DNA of 64,000 bases from Gammaproteobacteria bacterium (GTDB lineage: Bacteria; Pseudomonadota; Gammaproteobacteria; JABABF01): the NCBI GenBank assembly GCA_965237805.1, contig OZ250153.1, positions 1,376,001-1,440,000 on the forward strand. The letters run 5' to 3'. Shown piece after piece: positions 49,177 to 59,487 of the stretch. The first letter of the stretch is position 1. Every line of letters starts with the position of its first letter. The notes beneath the pieces were generated by a model. That model saw nothing but the letters and a program-made list of their open reading frames with translations. It was not told where the DNA came from and did no database searches. Both the position numbers and the translations under genes were made by a program.

Positions 49177-49182
49177 ATTATA
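49177..49182 (-). promoter_or_regulatory. -10 box for tRNA-Leu
   Basis: TATAAT on the minus strand, followed by a GC-rich discriminator, 11 nt before the tRNA. Confidence 0.55.
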
Positions 49183-49193
49183 GCCCTGCTGCA

Positions 49194-50243
49194 CTTCGCC
49201 CAGAAGATTTTTCATTTTCGCTGCCGGATGCGCTGATCGCTCGCCAGCCGCTGGCGCACCGCCGCCACAGCCGCCTGATGGTCTTGGCCGGTACCGCACC
49301 GCCAGCACATCGGCTCTTTCCGGACATCCTCGGTCTGTTGCGCGAGGGCGATCTCTTGGTTGGCAATGACAGCCGCGTTGTGCCAGCCCGCCTGCTGGCT
49401 CGCCGGGACGGTGGTGCCAGCGTCGAATTACTGCTTGAGCGCATAGCCAGTGGTGGCGGGTTGGCGCGTATCCGTGCTAATCGTTCCCCGCGTCCCGGGA
49501 CGCGGCTCTGGTTGCGCTCGCCGGGCTTGTGGCCGCCGACGGCACTGCGCGTGCTGGATCGAGCTGGCGAGTTGTTCCATATCGCATGGCCGTCGGCGGT
49601 GACACCGGAGCAGCTGCTATTGCGTTATGGCCGTGTGCCGTTGCCGCCCTATTTGCGGCGCGAGGCTCAAGTGGATGATTGGGAGCGCTACCAGACCGTC
49701 TACGCACGCCATCCGGGGTCGGTCGCCGCACCGACTGCCGGGCTGCATTTCGATGCGCCGCTGTTGGAGCAGCTGCAACGGCGTGGTGTCGAGCTGGGCT
49801 GGCTCAGCTTGCACATCGGTGGTGGCACCTTCGCGCCGTTGCGCATGGCGGTCGATGGCTTGATGCCGACGCAACTGTATCCGGAGCGGGTGGCAGTGGG
49901 CGAGCGGTTGTGTGCACAAGTCGCGGCGACCCGCGCCCGCGGCGGCCGCGTCGTGGCCATTGGCACCACCGTGGCGCGAGCCTTGGAGAGTGCCTGCGTC
50001 GCGACCGGACACCCGCAGCCCCTGTCTGCAGAGACACGCCTATTCATTCGCCCCGGCTTCGAGTTTCGCTGTGTCGATGCCCTGCTGAGCAACTTTCATT
50101 TGCCTAACTCTAGTCTGCTAATGCTGGTTGCGGCCTTGGTCGGGCGCGAGCGCTTGCTGGCGGCCTACGCCGAGGCGGTGCGAGAGCGCTACCGTTTTTA
50201 CAGCTATGGCGATGCGATGCTAATTCTCGACCGTTCCCGGTGA
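49194..50243 (+). CDS. queA: tRNA preQ1(34) S-adenosylmethionine ribosyltransferase-isomerase QueA (start codon unclear)
   Basis: DFSFSLP..LIA, PLPPY, RYQTVYA, AAPTAGLHF, NFHLP.S, YRFYSYGDAM. Confidence 0.93.
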   Translation, partial: LRPEDFSFSLPDALIARQPLAHRRHSRLMVLAGTAPPAHRLFPDILGLLREGDLLVGNDSRVVPARLLARRDGGASVELLLERIASGGGLARIRANRSPRPGTRLWLRSPGLWPPTALRVLDRAGELFHIAWPSAVTPEQLLLRYGRVPLPPYLRREAQVDDWERYQTVYARHPGSVAAPTAGLHFDAPLLEQLQRRGVELGWLSLHIGGGTFAPLRMAVDGLMPTQLYPERVAVGERLCAQVAATRARGGRVVAIGTTVARALESACVATGHPQPLSAETRLFIRPGFEFRCVDALLSNFHLPNSSLLMLVAALVGRERLLAAYAEAVRERYRFYSYGDAMLILDRSR

Positions 50244-51361
50244 GTCTGCGTTATGAACTGCGGGCGCGCGATGGCCGCGCCCGCTTGGGACGCCTGCATT
50301 TTGCACGGGGCGTGGTCGACACGCCGGCCTTCATGCCCGTCGGCACTTATGGCGCGGTCAGGGGACTGGCACCGTCGGAGCTGTGCGATTGCGGTGTGCA
50401 GATGCTACTGTGCAATGCCTTGCACTTGATGCTGCGTCCGGGTGCCGAGCACATCGCCGCCCTCGGCGGTTTGCACCGCTTTATGGCTTGGCCAAGGCTC
50501 TTGCTCAGCGATTCTGGTGGCTATCAGCTGTTCAGTCTGCGAGACCGCTGCCGCATCGGCGAGGAGGGCGCGGTGCTGCGCTCGCCGCTGGATGGCTCCG
50601 AGCTGATGCTATCGCCCGAGCGGGCCATTGAGGTGCAGCAGGCGCTGGGTGTCGATGTGTTGATGGTGCTGGACGAATGCACGCACCAGCCTGGCGATCG
50701 TGCGGCGGCGCAGGCGGCGATGGAGCGCTCGCTACGCTGGGCGGCGCGTTGTCGGGAGGCACATGGGAGCGCACCGGGGGCACTGTTCGGCATCGTGCAA
50801 GGGGGCATTTTCCCGCAGTTGCGCAGCCGCTCATTAGCGGGTTTGGGGGATGATTTCTCCGGCTATGCCATCGGTGGCTTGGCGGTCGGCGAGGATTTTG
50901 AGCAACGCTTGGCAGTTTTGGATACGCTGTGTGGGCAGCTACCGAGCGACCGGCCACGCTACTTGATGGGGCTTGGCAAGCCTTTGGATCTGCTCGAGGC
51001 GGTGCGTCGCGGCGTCGATATGTTCGACTGCGTTTTGCCGACGCGCAACGCCCGCAACGGCCAGCTGTTCACATCGCGCGGCACGCTGAATTTGCGCAAC
51101 GCCGTCCATCGCGACCAGCTGCAAGCCCCCGACCCCGACTGTCGCTGTTATACCTGCCGTCACTTCAGCCGTGCTTATTTGCATCACCTCACACGTAGCA
51201 GGGAGCTGCTCGGCGCTCGGCTCAATAGTTTGCACAATGTGTACTATTATCAGCAGTTGATGCACCGCTTGCGGTGCGCTATCGCCGCCGGTACGCTGGA
51301 GCGTTGCATCGCCAGCTGTATTGCCGGATGGCAACGAGGGGAGAAGGCTTGTACAAGCTGA
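50240..51361 (+). CDS. tgt: tRNA-guanine transglycosylase
   Basis: TPAFMPVGT, DSGGYQ, GIVQGG, DMFDCVLPTRNARNG, CRCYTC. Confidence 0.96.
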   Translation: MSLRYELRARDGRARLGRLHFARGVVDTPAFMPVGTYGAVRGLAPSELCDCGVQMLLCNALHLMLRPGAEHIAALGGLHRFMAWPRLLLSDSGGYQLFSLRDRCRIGEEGAVLRSPLDGSELMLSPERAIEVQQALGVDVLMVLDECTHQPGDRAAAQAAMERSLRWAARCREAHGSAPGALFGIVQGGIFPQLRSRSLAGLGDDFSGYAIGGLAVGEDFEQRLAVLDTLCGQLPSDRPRYLMGLGKPLDLLEAVRRGVDMFDCVLPTRNARNGQLFTSRGTLNLRNAVHRDQLQAPDPDCRCYTCRHFSRAYLHHLTRSRELLGARLNSLHNVYYYQQLMHRLRCAIAAGTLERCIASCIAGWQRGEKACTS

Positions 51362-51669
51362 GTTTCTATGTGCCGTCCAGTCATGTGGAAGTGGTGAAAG
51401 CGGCCGTATTTCAGAGCGGTGCCGGGCGTATTGGAGCCTACGACAGCTGCTCGTGGCAGACGCTGGGTGAGGGACAATTCCGCCCGTTGGATGGTAGCGC
51501 GCCCTATTTGGGGCAACACGGCGCATTACAGCGCGTGCCCGAGTACAAGGTGGAACTGTTGTGCGCGCCAGAGTGTTTGGCGGCAGCAGTGGAGGCACTG
51601 CGTGCTGCGCATCCGTACGAAGAGCCTGCTTTTGATATCTGGCGTCTTGAAAATGCCCCGTCAGGCTGA
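51349..51669 (+). CDS. YqfO / NIF3-like small protein
   Basis: FYVP, GAGRIG.YD.C, GQFRP, HPYEEPA. Confidence 0.85.
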   Translation: MYKLSFYVPSSHVEVVKAAVFQSGAGRIGAYDSCSWQTLGEGQFRPLDGSAPYLGQHGALQRVPEYKVELLCAPECLAAAVEALRAAHPYEEPAFDIWRLENAPSG

Positions 51670-52282
51670 GCTGGCAGTCGGTGATGACCCGGTCATCACC
51701 GCTTTGCGCTTTCGTTTCGGGGCGCGGAAATGGCGCGTTGATGGTGCTGAGGCGACCGCTGTGCTGTTGGCGGTGACCGAGGGGCGACGTCCGTCGGAGA
51801 TGATATTGACACGGCGTGCCGATCATCTGAGCCAGCACCCTGGCGAGGTGGCTTTTCCCGGCGGCTGGCGCGAACCCGAGGACGCGACGCTACTCGACAC
51901 GGCCTTGCGCGAGACCTCAGAGGAGCTCGGTGTGCCGCCAGAGCGGGTGACTACGCTGGGACGGTTGCCGATGGCGTACACCCGTCGTACGGTGGCGGTG
52001 GCCTGCTTTGTCGGCATCGTGCCGGAGTCTACCGAACTGGTGGTGAACCGCTCGGAGCTGTCGTCAGTTTTCCGCGTGCCGCTCGCTTTTTTCTGCCAAG
52101 ACAATCTGTTGGCCGACGATTTTGAGCGTCGGGGGCAGCGCCTTTTGGTGCCGCGTTTTGAGTTCGAAGGCTACGATATCTGGGGATTGACCGCGAGCTT
52201 GATCGCTTCTTTTTGCGCTATCGGCATGGATTGCCCGCTGGATCTGGAACGTGTGCCCGATTTGGGTGTGCGCCGGCACTGA
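51653..52282 (+). CDS. CoA pyrophosphatase (Nudix)
   Basis: LTRRA..L..HPGEVAFPGG, ALRETSEELG, IWGLTA. Confidence 0.88.
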   Translation: MPRQAELAVGDDPVITALRFRFGARKWRVDGAEATAVLLAVTEGRRPSEMILTRRADHLSQHPGEVAFPGGWREPEDATLLDTALRETSEELGVPPERVTTLGRLPMAYTRRTVAVACFVGIVPESTELVVNRSELSSVFRVPLAFFCQDNLLADDFERRGQRLLVPRFEFEGYDIWGLTASLIASFCAIGMDCPLDLERVPDLGVRRH

Positions 52283-53013
52283 TGGCCGAGCGGCGCCACA
52301 CGCTGGCTGAATTGATCGGGGTCATCGCCCGTTTTCGCGACCCGAAGCGGGGGTGCCCGTGGGACTTGCAGCAGGATTGCCACTCCATCGTGCCGCACAC
52401 GCTGGAGGAGGTCGCCGAGCTGGTCGATGCCATTGATGCGCAGGACTATGACAATATCCGCGAGGAGCTGGGAGATGTGTTGTTGCAAGTGGTGTTCTAC
52501 ACCCGTTTCGCTGAGGAGGCGGGACGCTTCGACTTCGACGATGTGGTACACGATCTGGTGCTGAAGCTGGTGCGCCGCCACCCGCATATCTATCCCGATG
52601 GGCGGCTCGACGACAGTGTCGAGCCGCCCGCGTCCCAAGCGGCGGTTGGGGCAGACGGGTCGTCGACGCTGGATGCGGCCGGGGTGCGCGAGCGCTGGGA
52701 GCAGATCAAGCGCTCGGAGCGCGGCGACGCGGGCAAGGTCAAGGGCGAGGATGGCATGCCGCTCGAGCTGGCAGCCCTGCGCCGCGCTTGGAAGCTGCAA
52801 AAGATTTGGAGCAGGCGCGGCTGGCAGAGCCCGAACCGCGATGCCGCCGCAGCTGAGCTGCGGCGTGCATTGGAGGCTTTGGAGAGTGGCGTCGAGTCGC
52901 CAGATCAAGTTTTGGGTGAGCTGCTGTTCAACGCCGTGCATTTGGCGCGGCTCTTGGAGGTGGAGCCCGAGCGGGCCTTGCGAGCCGCTTGTGTCAGATT
53001 TGTGTCGGACTAG
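52282..53013 (+). CDS. mazG: Nucleoside triphosphate pyrophosphohydrolase MazG
   Basis: GCPWD..Q, EE..E..DAI, EELGDVLLQVVF, RRHPH. Confidence 0.9.
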   Translation: MAERRHTLAELIGVIARFRDPKRGCPWDLQQDCHSIVPHTLEEVAELVDAIDAQDYDNIREELGDVLLQVVFYTRFAEEAGRFDFDDVVHDLVLKLVRRHPHIYPDGRLDDSVEPPASQAAVGADGSSTLDAAGVRERWEQIKRSERGDAGKVKGEDGMPLELAALRRAWKLQKIWSRRGWQSPNRDAAAAELRRALEALESGVESPDQVLGELLFNAVHLARLLEVEPERALRAACVRFVSD

Positions 53014-53058
53014 GGTGTGGGCATCATGGGAGAGCTGAGGCTGATCCCCCGTTGCGCA

Positions 53059-54696
53059 CTATTGTTGGATCAGCGCCGCACAATTTTTTGGGTCGATGCG
53101 CTGCAATAGGGGTTGGAATGGTGCCAGCTGGCGCTCGCCCATGCGCCTGTCTCGTGCTGCCCAGTCCAGCGTCTCAGCGAGCAAGGTTTCGCTACGTGCT
53201 GTCAGTGATGGCACCACCGGTTTGAGGTACAGCGACAGCAGGCGGAATAGCTCGAGGGCGGTGGTGCACTGGGAGCGCAGTGCGGGGTCGTCTGGTGATT
53301 TGCGCGCCAGCTCCCATGGCTTGTGCCGGTCGACGAAGCGGTTGGCATCGTCGGCTAGCCGCATGATTTCGCGCATGGCACGGGAGTAGCGGCGTGCCTC
53401 GTAGTGTCCTGCGATGCTCTCGCCCGCGGCGACGCATGCATCGATTAGGGCGGGTTCTGCCAGCGTGGTGCTGGTGCGTCGATCGCAGTGGCGCTCGAGT
53501 AACTGCGCTGCGCGACTGGCCAAATTGACTAATTTGCCGATCAAGTCGGCGTTGACGCGTTGCGTGAAGTCTGCCAGCTCGAGATCGATATCCTCCACTT
53601 CGGCACCGAGCCTGGCGGCGAAGTAGTATCGCAGATAGTCGGCATCCAGCCGTTTCAGATAGTCGCTGGCCAGCAGGAAAGTGCCGCGCGACTTCGACAT
53701 TTTTTTACCATTGACGCCGAGGAAGCCGTGCACATGCAGGGAGGTGGGGCAGCGGTGGCCGGTGGCCTCCAGCAGCGCTGGCCAGAACAGGCCGTGGAAA
53801 TTGATGATGTCTTTGCCGATGAAATGATGCAGTTCGGTGTCGGCCCCCGCTGCCCAATAGTCGTCAAATATGCGCTTAGACTCTTCGCAATAGCGTTGGC
53901 AGCTGGCCATATAGCCGATTGGAGCATCCAGCCACACATAGAAATACTTGCCCGGCGCGTCCGGGATTTCGAAGCCGAAATAGGGCGCGTCTCGGCTGAT
54001 ATCCCACTCGCGCAGGCCAGCATCTAGCCACTCCCTGAGTTTGCCCGCCACCGGCTTCTGCAAGTGGCCAGCATCCACCCATTTGCGCAGTGAATCGGCG
54101 AATTGGGGTAGGCGGAAGAACAGATGGCGCGAGCTTTTGCGCGTCGGCTCGGCACCGGACAGTGCCGAGCGTGGGCGACGCAGCTCCGCAGGCGCGTAGT
54201 GTGCTCCGCAGCTCTCGCAGTGATCGCCGTACTGATCCTCTGCCCCGCAACGTGGGCAGTCTCCGCGGATCAGGCGGTCTGCCAAGAATAGCTTGCGCTC
54301 CGGGTCGTAGGCCTGCACGATGTCGCGCTCGGCGATATGCCCGCCCGCTCGACACAGCTGGTAGATACGCTCGGAGTGGTGGCGGTTTTCCTCGCTGTGG
54401 GTCGTGTGGTAGCAGTCGAAATGGATGCCGAAACCCTGCAGATCCGCGAGATGTTCGTGGTACATCCGTGCGATCATCTCTTCGGGCGTTTGCCCCTGCG
54501 CCTCGGCGCTGAGCATGATGGCGGTGCCGTGGGCGTCGTCGGCACAGAGATAGATGCAATCGTGTCCCCGCAGACGTTGGAATCGTGCCCAGATATCTGC
54601 TTGGATGCCCTCCAAGATATGCCCCAAGTGCAAGGGACCGTTGGCGTAGGGCAGGGCGCTGGTGACGAGTATTCGGCGCTCGGGGGTTTGGCTCAC
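53059..54696 (-). CDS. metG: Methionine--tRNA ligase (lacks the C-terminal Trbp domain)
   Basis: LPYANGPLHLGH, Zn knuckles, YVWLDAPIGY, KMSKS. Confidence 0.96.
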   Translation of the reverse strand: MSQTPERRILVTSALPYANGPLHLGHILEGIQADIWARFQRLRGHDCIYLCADDAHGTAIMLSAEAQGQTPEEMIARMYHEHLADLQGFGIHFDCYHTTHSEENRHHSERIYQLCRAGGHIAERDIVQAYDPERKLFLADRLIRGDCPRCGAEDQYGDHCESCGAHYAPAELRRPRSALSGAEPTRKSSRHLFFRLPQFADSLRKWVDAGHLQKPVAGKLREWLDAGLREWDISRDAPYFGFEIPDAPGKYFYVWLDAPIGYMASCQRYCEESKRIFDDYWAAGADTELHHFIGKDIINFHGLFWPALLEATGHRCPTSLHVHGFLGVNGKKMSKSRGTFLLASDYLKRLDADYLRYYFAARLGAEVEDIDLELADFTQRVNADLIGKLVNLASRAAQLLERHCDRRTSTTLAEPALIDACVAAGESIAGHYEARRYSRAMREIMRLADDANRFVDRHKPWELARKSPDDPALRSQCTTALELFRLLSLYLKPVVPSLTARSETLLAETLDWAARDRRMGERQLAPFQPLLQRIDPKNCAALIQQ

Positions 54697-54821
54697 GGTC
54701 TTGTGGGGGATGGCGAATGAAACTCAGGCGCGACATTTCATGGTAGCGCATCGTCCCGTGCCAAGCCTTGGGCAGGTAGAATTAAAGATGCCCATTATCG
54801 ATATCGTCCACGGGAGCAAAA

Positions 54822-56087
54822 GTGTTTTCATCCAATCGAGACATTAGTGCGGTCGACCCTGAGTTGGCTGCGGCCATCGCGGCTGAGCGGCAGCGTCAAG
54901 AGCTGCATATCGAGCTGATCGCCGCGGAGAACTACACCAGCCCCCTAGTGCTTGAGGCCCAAGGATCGGTGCTGACCAACAAATATGCGGAGGGTTACCC
55001 CGGGCGTCGCTACTACGGCGGTTGCGAGCATGTGGATGTCGCCGAATCGCTGGCGATCAGCCGCGCTTGCGAGCTATTCGGTGCAGGCTATGCCAATGTG
55101 CAACCGCATTCTGGTTCGCAGGCTAATGCGGCCGCCTATATGGCGCTGTTGTCTCCCGGCGACACCTTGCTCGGCATGTCGCTTAGCGATGGCGGGCATC
55201 TGAGCCATGGTGCGACGCCGAATTTCTCCGGCAAGCTGTACCGTGCGGTGCAATATGGCCTAGACGCCGACGGTGCCGAAATCGATTATGGGCAAGTGCG
55301 TGATTTGGCGAAGCAGCATCGCCCGCAGCTGATCGTCGCGGGGTTTTCCGCCTATTCTCGGATCGTGGACTGGCAATGCTTCCGCGAGATCGCCGACGAG
55401 GTCGGTGCCCGGCTCTTGGTCGATATGGCCCATGTGGCTGGCTTGGTGGCAGCCGGGCTGTATCCCAATCCGGTGCCGGTGGCAGATGTGGTCACCACCA
55501 CCACGCACAAGACCTTGCGCGGCCCGCGCGGCGGTTTGATTTTGACGCGAGGCGGTGACGACGAGCTGGAGCGCCGCCTCAACTCGGCGGTTTTCCCCGG
55601 CAGCCAAGGCGGGCCGCTGATGCATGTCATTGCGGCCAAGGCAGTGTGCCTGTTGGAGGCTGCTGGCGACGATTTTCGAGCCATGCAGGGTCGGGTGCGC
55701 GACAATGCTCGCGCCATGGCGGTGCGCGTTCAGCAGCGCGGTTACGAGGTGGTCAGCGGCGGCACCGACAACCACTTGTTCCTGCTGAGTCTGATCGGTC
55801 GCGAACTGAGTGGCAAGGATGCCGAATCGCTGTTGGGTCGTGCACATATCACGCTCAACAAGAATATGGTTCCCGGCGACACGCGTACGCCTTTTGTCAC
55901 CAGCGGTCTGCGCCTCGGCACGCCAGCGGCGACCACGCGCGGTTTTGGCATCGCCGAAATCGAGCAGGTGGCCGATTGGGTCTGCGATGTATTGGATGCT
56001 GGCGACAACGCTGCCGTCATCGAAGCGCTGCGTTTGCAGGTGATTGAGCTGTGCCGCCTACACCCGGTCTACACCGACGGAGTCTGA
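54822..56087 (+). CDS. glyA: Serine hydroxymethyltransferase
   Basis: [28 protein letters not shown]. Confidence 0.97.
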   Translation: MFSSNRDISAVDPELAAAIAAERQRQELHIELIAAENYTSPLVLEAQGSVLTNKYAEGYPGRRYYGGCEHVDVAESLAISRACELFGAGYANVQPHSGSQANAAAYMALLSPGDTLLGMSLSDGGHLSHGATPNFSGKLYRAVQYGLDADGAEIDYGQVRDLAKQHRPQLIVAGFSAYSRIVDWQCFREIADEVGARLLVDMAHVAGLVAAGLYPNPVPVADVVTTTTHKTLRGPRGGLILTRGGDDELERRLNSAVFPGSQGGPLMHVIAAKAVCLLEAAGDDFRAMQGRVRDNARAMAVRVQQRGYEVVSGGTDNHLFLLSLIGRELSGKDAESLLGRAHITLNKNMVPGDTRTPFVTSGLRLGTPAATTRGFGIAEIEQVADWVCDVLDAGDNAAVIEALRLQVIELCRLHPVYTDGV

Positions 56088-57232
56088 TGGCCACATCCCC
56101 CGTTTCCCAAGCCGATCGGTGCCACATGGAACAGGCGATCAGCTGTGCCCGCAACGGTTTTTATACCACCATGCCCAATCCACGCGTCGGCTGTGTGCTG
56201 GTGCGCGATGGCAGTGTCATCGGCCGCGGCTGGCATCGCTATGCTGGCGGCGCACATGCGGAGGTGGCCGCCTTGGCCGAGGCCGGTGTGGCGGCACGCG
56301 GTGCCACGGCCTATGTCAGCTTGGAGCCCTGCTCCCTCCACGGCCGCACGCCGCCCTGCTGTGATGAGCTGATCCGCGCCGGGCTGAGCCGCGTGGTGGT
56401 GGCGCTGCGCGACCCCGGCGACAGCCAAGATGGCCAGGGCATCGAGTGTCTGCGTGCCGCTGGCATTGAGGTTGTGGAGGGCTTGATGGCCAGCGAGAGC
56501 CGCGCCCTGAACGAGGGCTTCGTCAAACGCTCCGTACACGGTCTGCCGCTGTTGCGTTGCAAACTGGCGATGAGCGTGGATGGGCGCACGGCGATGGCTT
56601 CTGGCGAGAGCCGCTGGATTAGTGGCGATGCCGCCCGCGCCGAAGTACAGCACTTGCGGGCTAGTTCCTGCGCGCTGCTGAGCGGTGTTGGCACCGTGCT
56701 GGCCGACGATCCAGCGCTGCGCCTGCGGTCGGAGTTGTGGTGCCCGCAGCCTGGCTATCCGAGCGAATTACCCGATCGGGAGCTGTTGCGAGTGGTCTTG
56801 GATTCCCGGCTGCGCACCCCCCCGACGGCACGGCTATTCGCCACCAGCGGCGAGACCATCGTGATCACGGCGGCGGATGTGGACAGCGAGGAGGGGCGGC
56901 GGTTGCGCGAGTGCGGTGCCGTGTTGCAGCGTTGTGCGGCGACCGATGGGCGTGTCGATTTAGAGGCTGCGTTGCGCTGGCTGGCGGTGGAGCGCCAGTG
57001 CAACGATGTGCTGCTCGAGGCCGGACCGACGCTGGCCGCCGCCTTGCTCACTGCCGCTTTGGTCGATCGCCTGTCGATCTATATGGCGCCTATGTTGCTC
57101 GGTGCCACCGCGCGTCCGCTGTTCGATCTGCGCCTGGAGCAGCTGGCGGAGAATTTGCCCCTACACATCGAAGAGCTGCGTCCGGTGGGCCGGGATTGGT
57201 GCATCGAAGCGCGTCCGGTGGTAGCGGATTGA
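56087..57232 (+). CDS. ribD: Riboflavin biosynthesis deaminase/reductase RibD
   Basis: PNPRVG, HAE, LEPC..HGRTPPC, DGRTA..SGESRWIS. Confidence 0.95.
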   Translation: MATSPVSQADRCHMEQAISCARNGFYTTMPNPRVGCVLVRDGSVIGRGWHRYAGGAHAEVAALAEAGVAARGATAYVSLEPCSLHGRTPPCCDELIRAGLSRVVVALRDPGDSQDGQGIECLRAAGIEVVEGLMASESRALNEGFVKRSVHGLPLLRCKLAMSVDGRTAMASGESRWISGDAARAEVQHLRASSCALLSGVGTVLADDPALRLRSELWCPQPGYPSELPDRELLRVVLDSRLRTPPTARLFATSGETIVITAADVDSEEGRRLRECGAVLQRCAATDGRVDLEAALRWLAVERQCNDVLLEAGPTLAAALLTAALVDRLSIYMAPMLLGATARPLFDLRLEQLAENLPLHIEELRPVGRDWCIEARPVVAD

Positions 57233-57855
57233 TGTTTACCGGTCTGGTGCGTGCCACTGGCGAAGTCGTCGAGCTGCGCGGCACTGAGGCGGATCATCGC
57301 TTGCGCATCCGCTGCGATGGTGACTGGCTCTCGCGGGTTCAGATCGGTGACAGCATCGCCGTCAACGGCGTCTGCCTGACGGTGGCGCTCCGCTCTGCGA
57401 CCTCCTTTGTGGTTGATCTCTCTACTGAGACCCTGTCCCGCACTGCGCTGGCACAAGTACAAGTGGGAGGGCACCTGAACTTAGAGCCCTCTCTGTCGGT
57501 CGATGATCTGCTCGGCGGCCATCTGCTCAGCGGCCATGTCGACGGTGTTGGCGAGCTGCTGGAGATGTCCCCCGTCGGGCGTAGCCAGCGTTGCATCATT
57601 CGTGCACCACAGTCGCTGATGCGTTACATTGCTGAAAAAGGTGCCATTGCCGTGGACGGTGCCAGCCTCACAGTCAACGCCTTGGGGGCTGATCATTTTG
57701 TGGTAGACATCATCCCCCATACTTTGCAGTCCACGCTGTTTGGCAGCTATCGTCCCGGGGTGAGGGTCAATCTGGAAGTGGATATGATTGCACGTCATAT
57801 TGAGCGCTTGCTGATCGCCAGCGGTCGTTTGCCAGAGCCGCCGCCGGCATCCTAG
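57232..57855 (+). CDS. ribE: Riboflavin synthase (alpha chain)
   Basis: MFTG, GDSIAVNGVCLTV, GGHLLSGHVD. Confidence 0.95.
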   Translation: MFTGLVRATGEVVELRGTEADHRLRIRCDGDWLSRVQIGDSIAVNGVCLTVALRSATSFVVDLSTETLSRTALAQVQVGGHLNLEPSLSVDDLLGGHLLSGHVDGVGELLEMSPVGRSQRCIIRAPQSLMRYIAEKGAIAVDGASLTVNALGADHFVVDIIPHTLQSTLFGSYRPGVRVNLEVDMIARHIERLLIASGRLPEPPPAS

Positions 57856-57865
57856 TAGTAGAGCT

Positions 57866-58996
57866 GTGTCCGCCGATAGTATCCACGAGCTGGTCGAAGC
57901 GCTGCGGCAGGGGCAGATGGTTGTGCTCGCGGACGATGAAAACCGCGAGAATGAAGGTGACTTGGTGGCGGTGGCCGAGCAGATCAGCACCGAGCAGATC
58001 AATTTCATGGCTACTCAGGCACGCGGTTTGATCTGCCTGACGCTGAGCGCCGAGCGTTGCCGCCGCCTCGAACTGCCGTTGATGGTCAATCGTAGCGGCG
58101 CACCGCAGCAGACCAACTTTACGGTTTCCATCGATGCGGCGCACGGCATCAGCACGGGCATCTCTGCCGCCGACCGCGCCCATACCGCACGCACGGCCGT
58201 TGCTGCCGATGCCGCCCCCGCGGACTTGGTGCAACCGGGGCACATTTTTCCACTGCGTGTTGAACCGGGTGGTGTGCTGACCCGTGCCGGGCACACCGAG
58301 GCTGGCTCGGATCTGGCGGCGCTGGCGGGAGCCGAGCCAGCCTCGGTGATCGTCGAGATCATGAACGAGGATGGCAGCATGGCGCGCTATCCCGATCTAC
58401 AGCGTTTCGCGGCGCGCCACGAGCTGCGTTTGGGCACCATCGCCGATCTGATTCATTACCGCTCCCTACACGAGCAGACGGTCTCGTCCATCGCCACCAA
58501 AGTGGTATCGAGTCGCTGGGGGGAGTTGGTCTTGCATGTGTTCCGGGATGCGGCGCGCGGCAATCTGCACTTCGCTCTGGTGCGCGGGAAGATCGACTCG
58601 GAGCAGGCGGTCTTGGTGCGGGTACAACTGCCCTCGCTACTCGGCGATCTGCTCGATTTGACCAGTGATCCGAGCCGTGCCAGTGGCTGGAATGTGCCGC
58701 GTGCTCTGCACCGTATCGCCGCCGAGGGCGGCGTTTTGATCCTGCTGGGCGGCACTGGTAGTGAGGATGCTTTACCGCCTGATCTGCAACATATTCTGCG
58801 TGACGGTCGTGATGCCCCGGCAATCGGTGCCAGCGAGTTGTCGCTGCGGGTCGGGGTGGGGGCGCAGATGCTGCGCCAACTGGGGGTGCGCAAGATGCGC
58901 TTGCTGGCGCGTCCGGCTCCCTATACCATTGCGGGCTTTGATCTGGAAGTGACCGAGTACCTGTCCTATGAGGGCAATGGCATGGGACAGCCATGA
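57866..58996 (+). CDS. ribB: 3,4-dihydroxy-2-butanone-4-phosphate synthase fused to a degenerate GTP cyclohydrolase II-like domain
   Basis: DDENRENEGD, FTVSIDA, RAGHTE; the C-terminal domain lacks the Zn-binding Cys residues. Confidence 0.9.
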   Translation: MSADSIHELVEALRQGQMVVLADDENRENEGDLVAVAEQISTEQINFMATQARGLICLTLSAERCRRLELPLMVNRSGAPQQTNFTVSIDAAHGISTGISAADRAHTARTAVAADAAPADLVQPGHIFPLRVEPGGVLTRAGHTEAGSDLAALAGAEPASVIVEIMNEDGSMARYPDLQRFAARHELRLGTIADLIHYRSLHEQTVSSIATKVVSSRWGELVLHVFRDAARGNLHFALVRGKIDSEQAVLVRVQLPSLLGDLLDLTSDPSRASGWNVPRALHRIAAEGGVLILLGGTGSEDALPPDLQHILRDGRDAPAIGASELSLRVGVGAQMLRQLGVRKMRLLARPAPYTIAGFDLEVTEYLSYEGNGMGQP

Positions 58997-59487
58997 GTGG
59001 CGCACCGCCATCTCCCGCAGCTTTGGAGCTCGACCCCGAGCTGCGCTTTGCCATCGTCGCCGCCCGTTGGCACGCCGAACTGGTCGACAGCTTGCTGGCG
59101 GGGGCGCAGGACGCCTTTGACGAAGCCGGGGTGTCCGCCAATCGACTGCTACAGTGGCGGGTGCCCGGCAGCTTTGAGTTGCCGTTGGCCGCGCAGCGCT
59201 TGGCGCGAGCTGAGGGTGTGGCGGGGGTGGTGGCGTTGGGTGTCGTCGTGCGCGGCGCCACCCCCCATTTCGACTATGTCTGTCAGGCCTGTGTACAGGG
59301 TCTCACGCGTGTCGCTTTGGATTGCGATAGGCCGGTTGGTTGCGGTGTGATTACAGCCGATACCATTGATCAGGCGCGGCAGCGTGCCGGGTGGCGGCAG
59401 GACGGCAAGCGCTGGGTCTTTGCCCACCGCCACAACAAGGGTTGGGACGCCGCGCTGGCTGTTTTGGAACTGGTGGCTTTGTCATGA
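58993..59487 (+). CDS. ribH: 6,7-dimethyl-8-ribityllumazine synthase
   Basis: VPGSFELP, RGATPHFDYV, NKG.DAA. Confidence 0.95.
   Translation: MSGAPPSPAALELDPELRFAIVAARWHAELVDSLLAGAQDAFDEAGVSANRLLQWRVPGSFELPLAAQRLARAEGVAGVVALGVVVRGATPHFDYVCQACVQGLTRVALDCDRPVGCGVITADTIDQARQRAGWRQDGKRWVFAHRHNKGWDAALAVLELVALS

Noticed and set aside
58500-58996. Degenerate GTP cyclohydrolase II domain as a novelty
   Set aside because: RibB fused to an inactive RibA-like domain is common in Proteobacteria.
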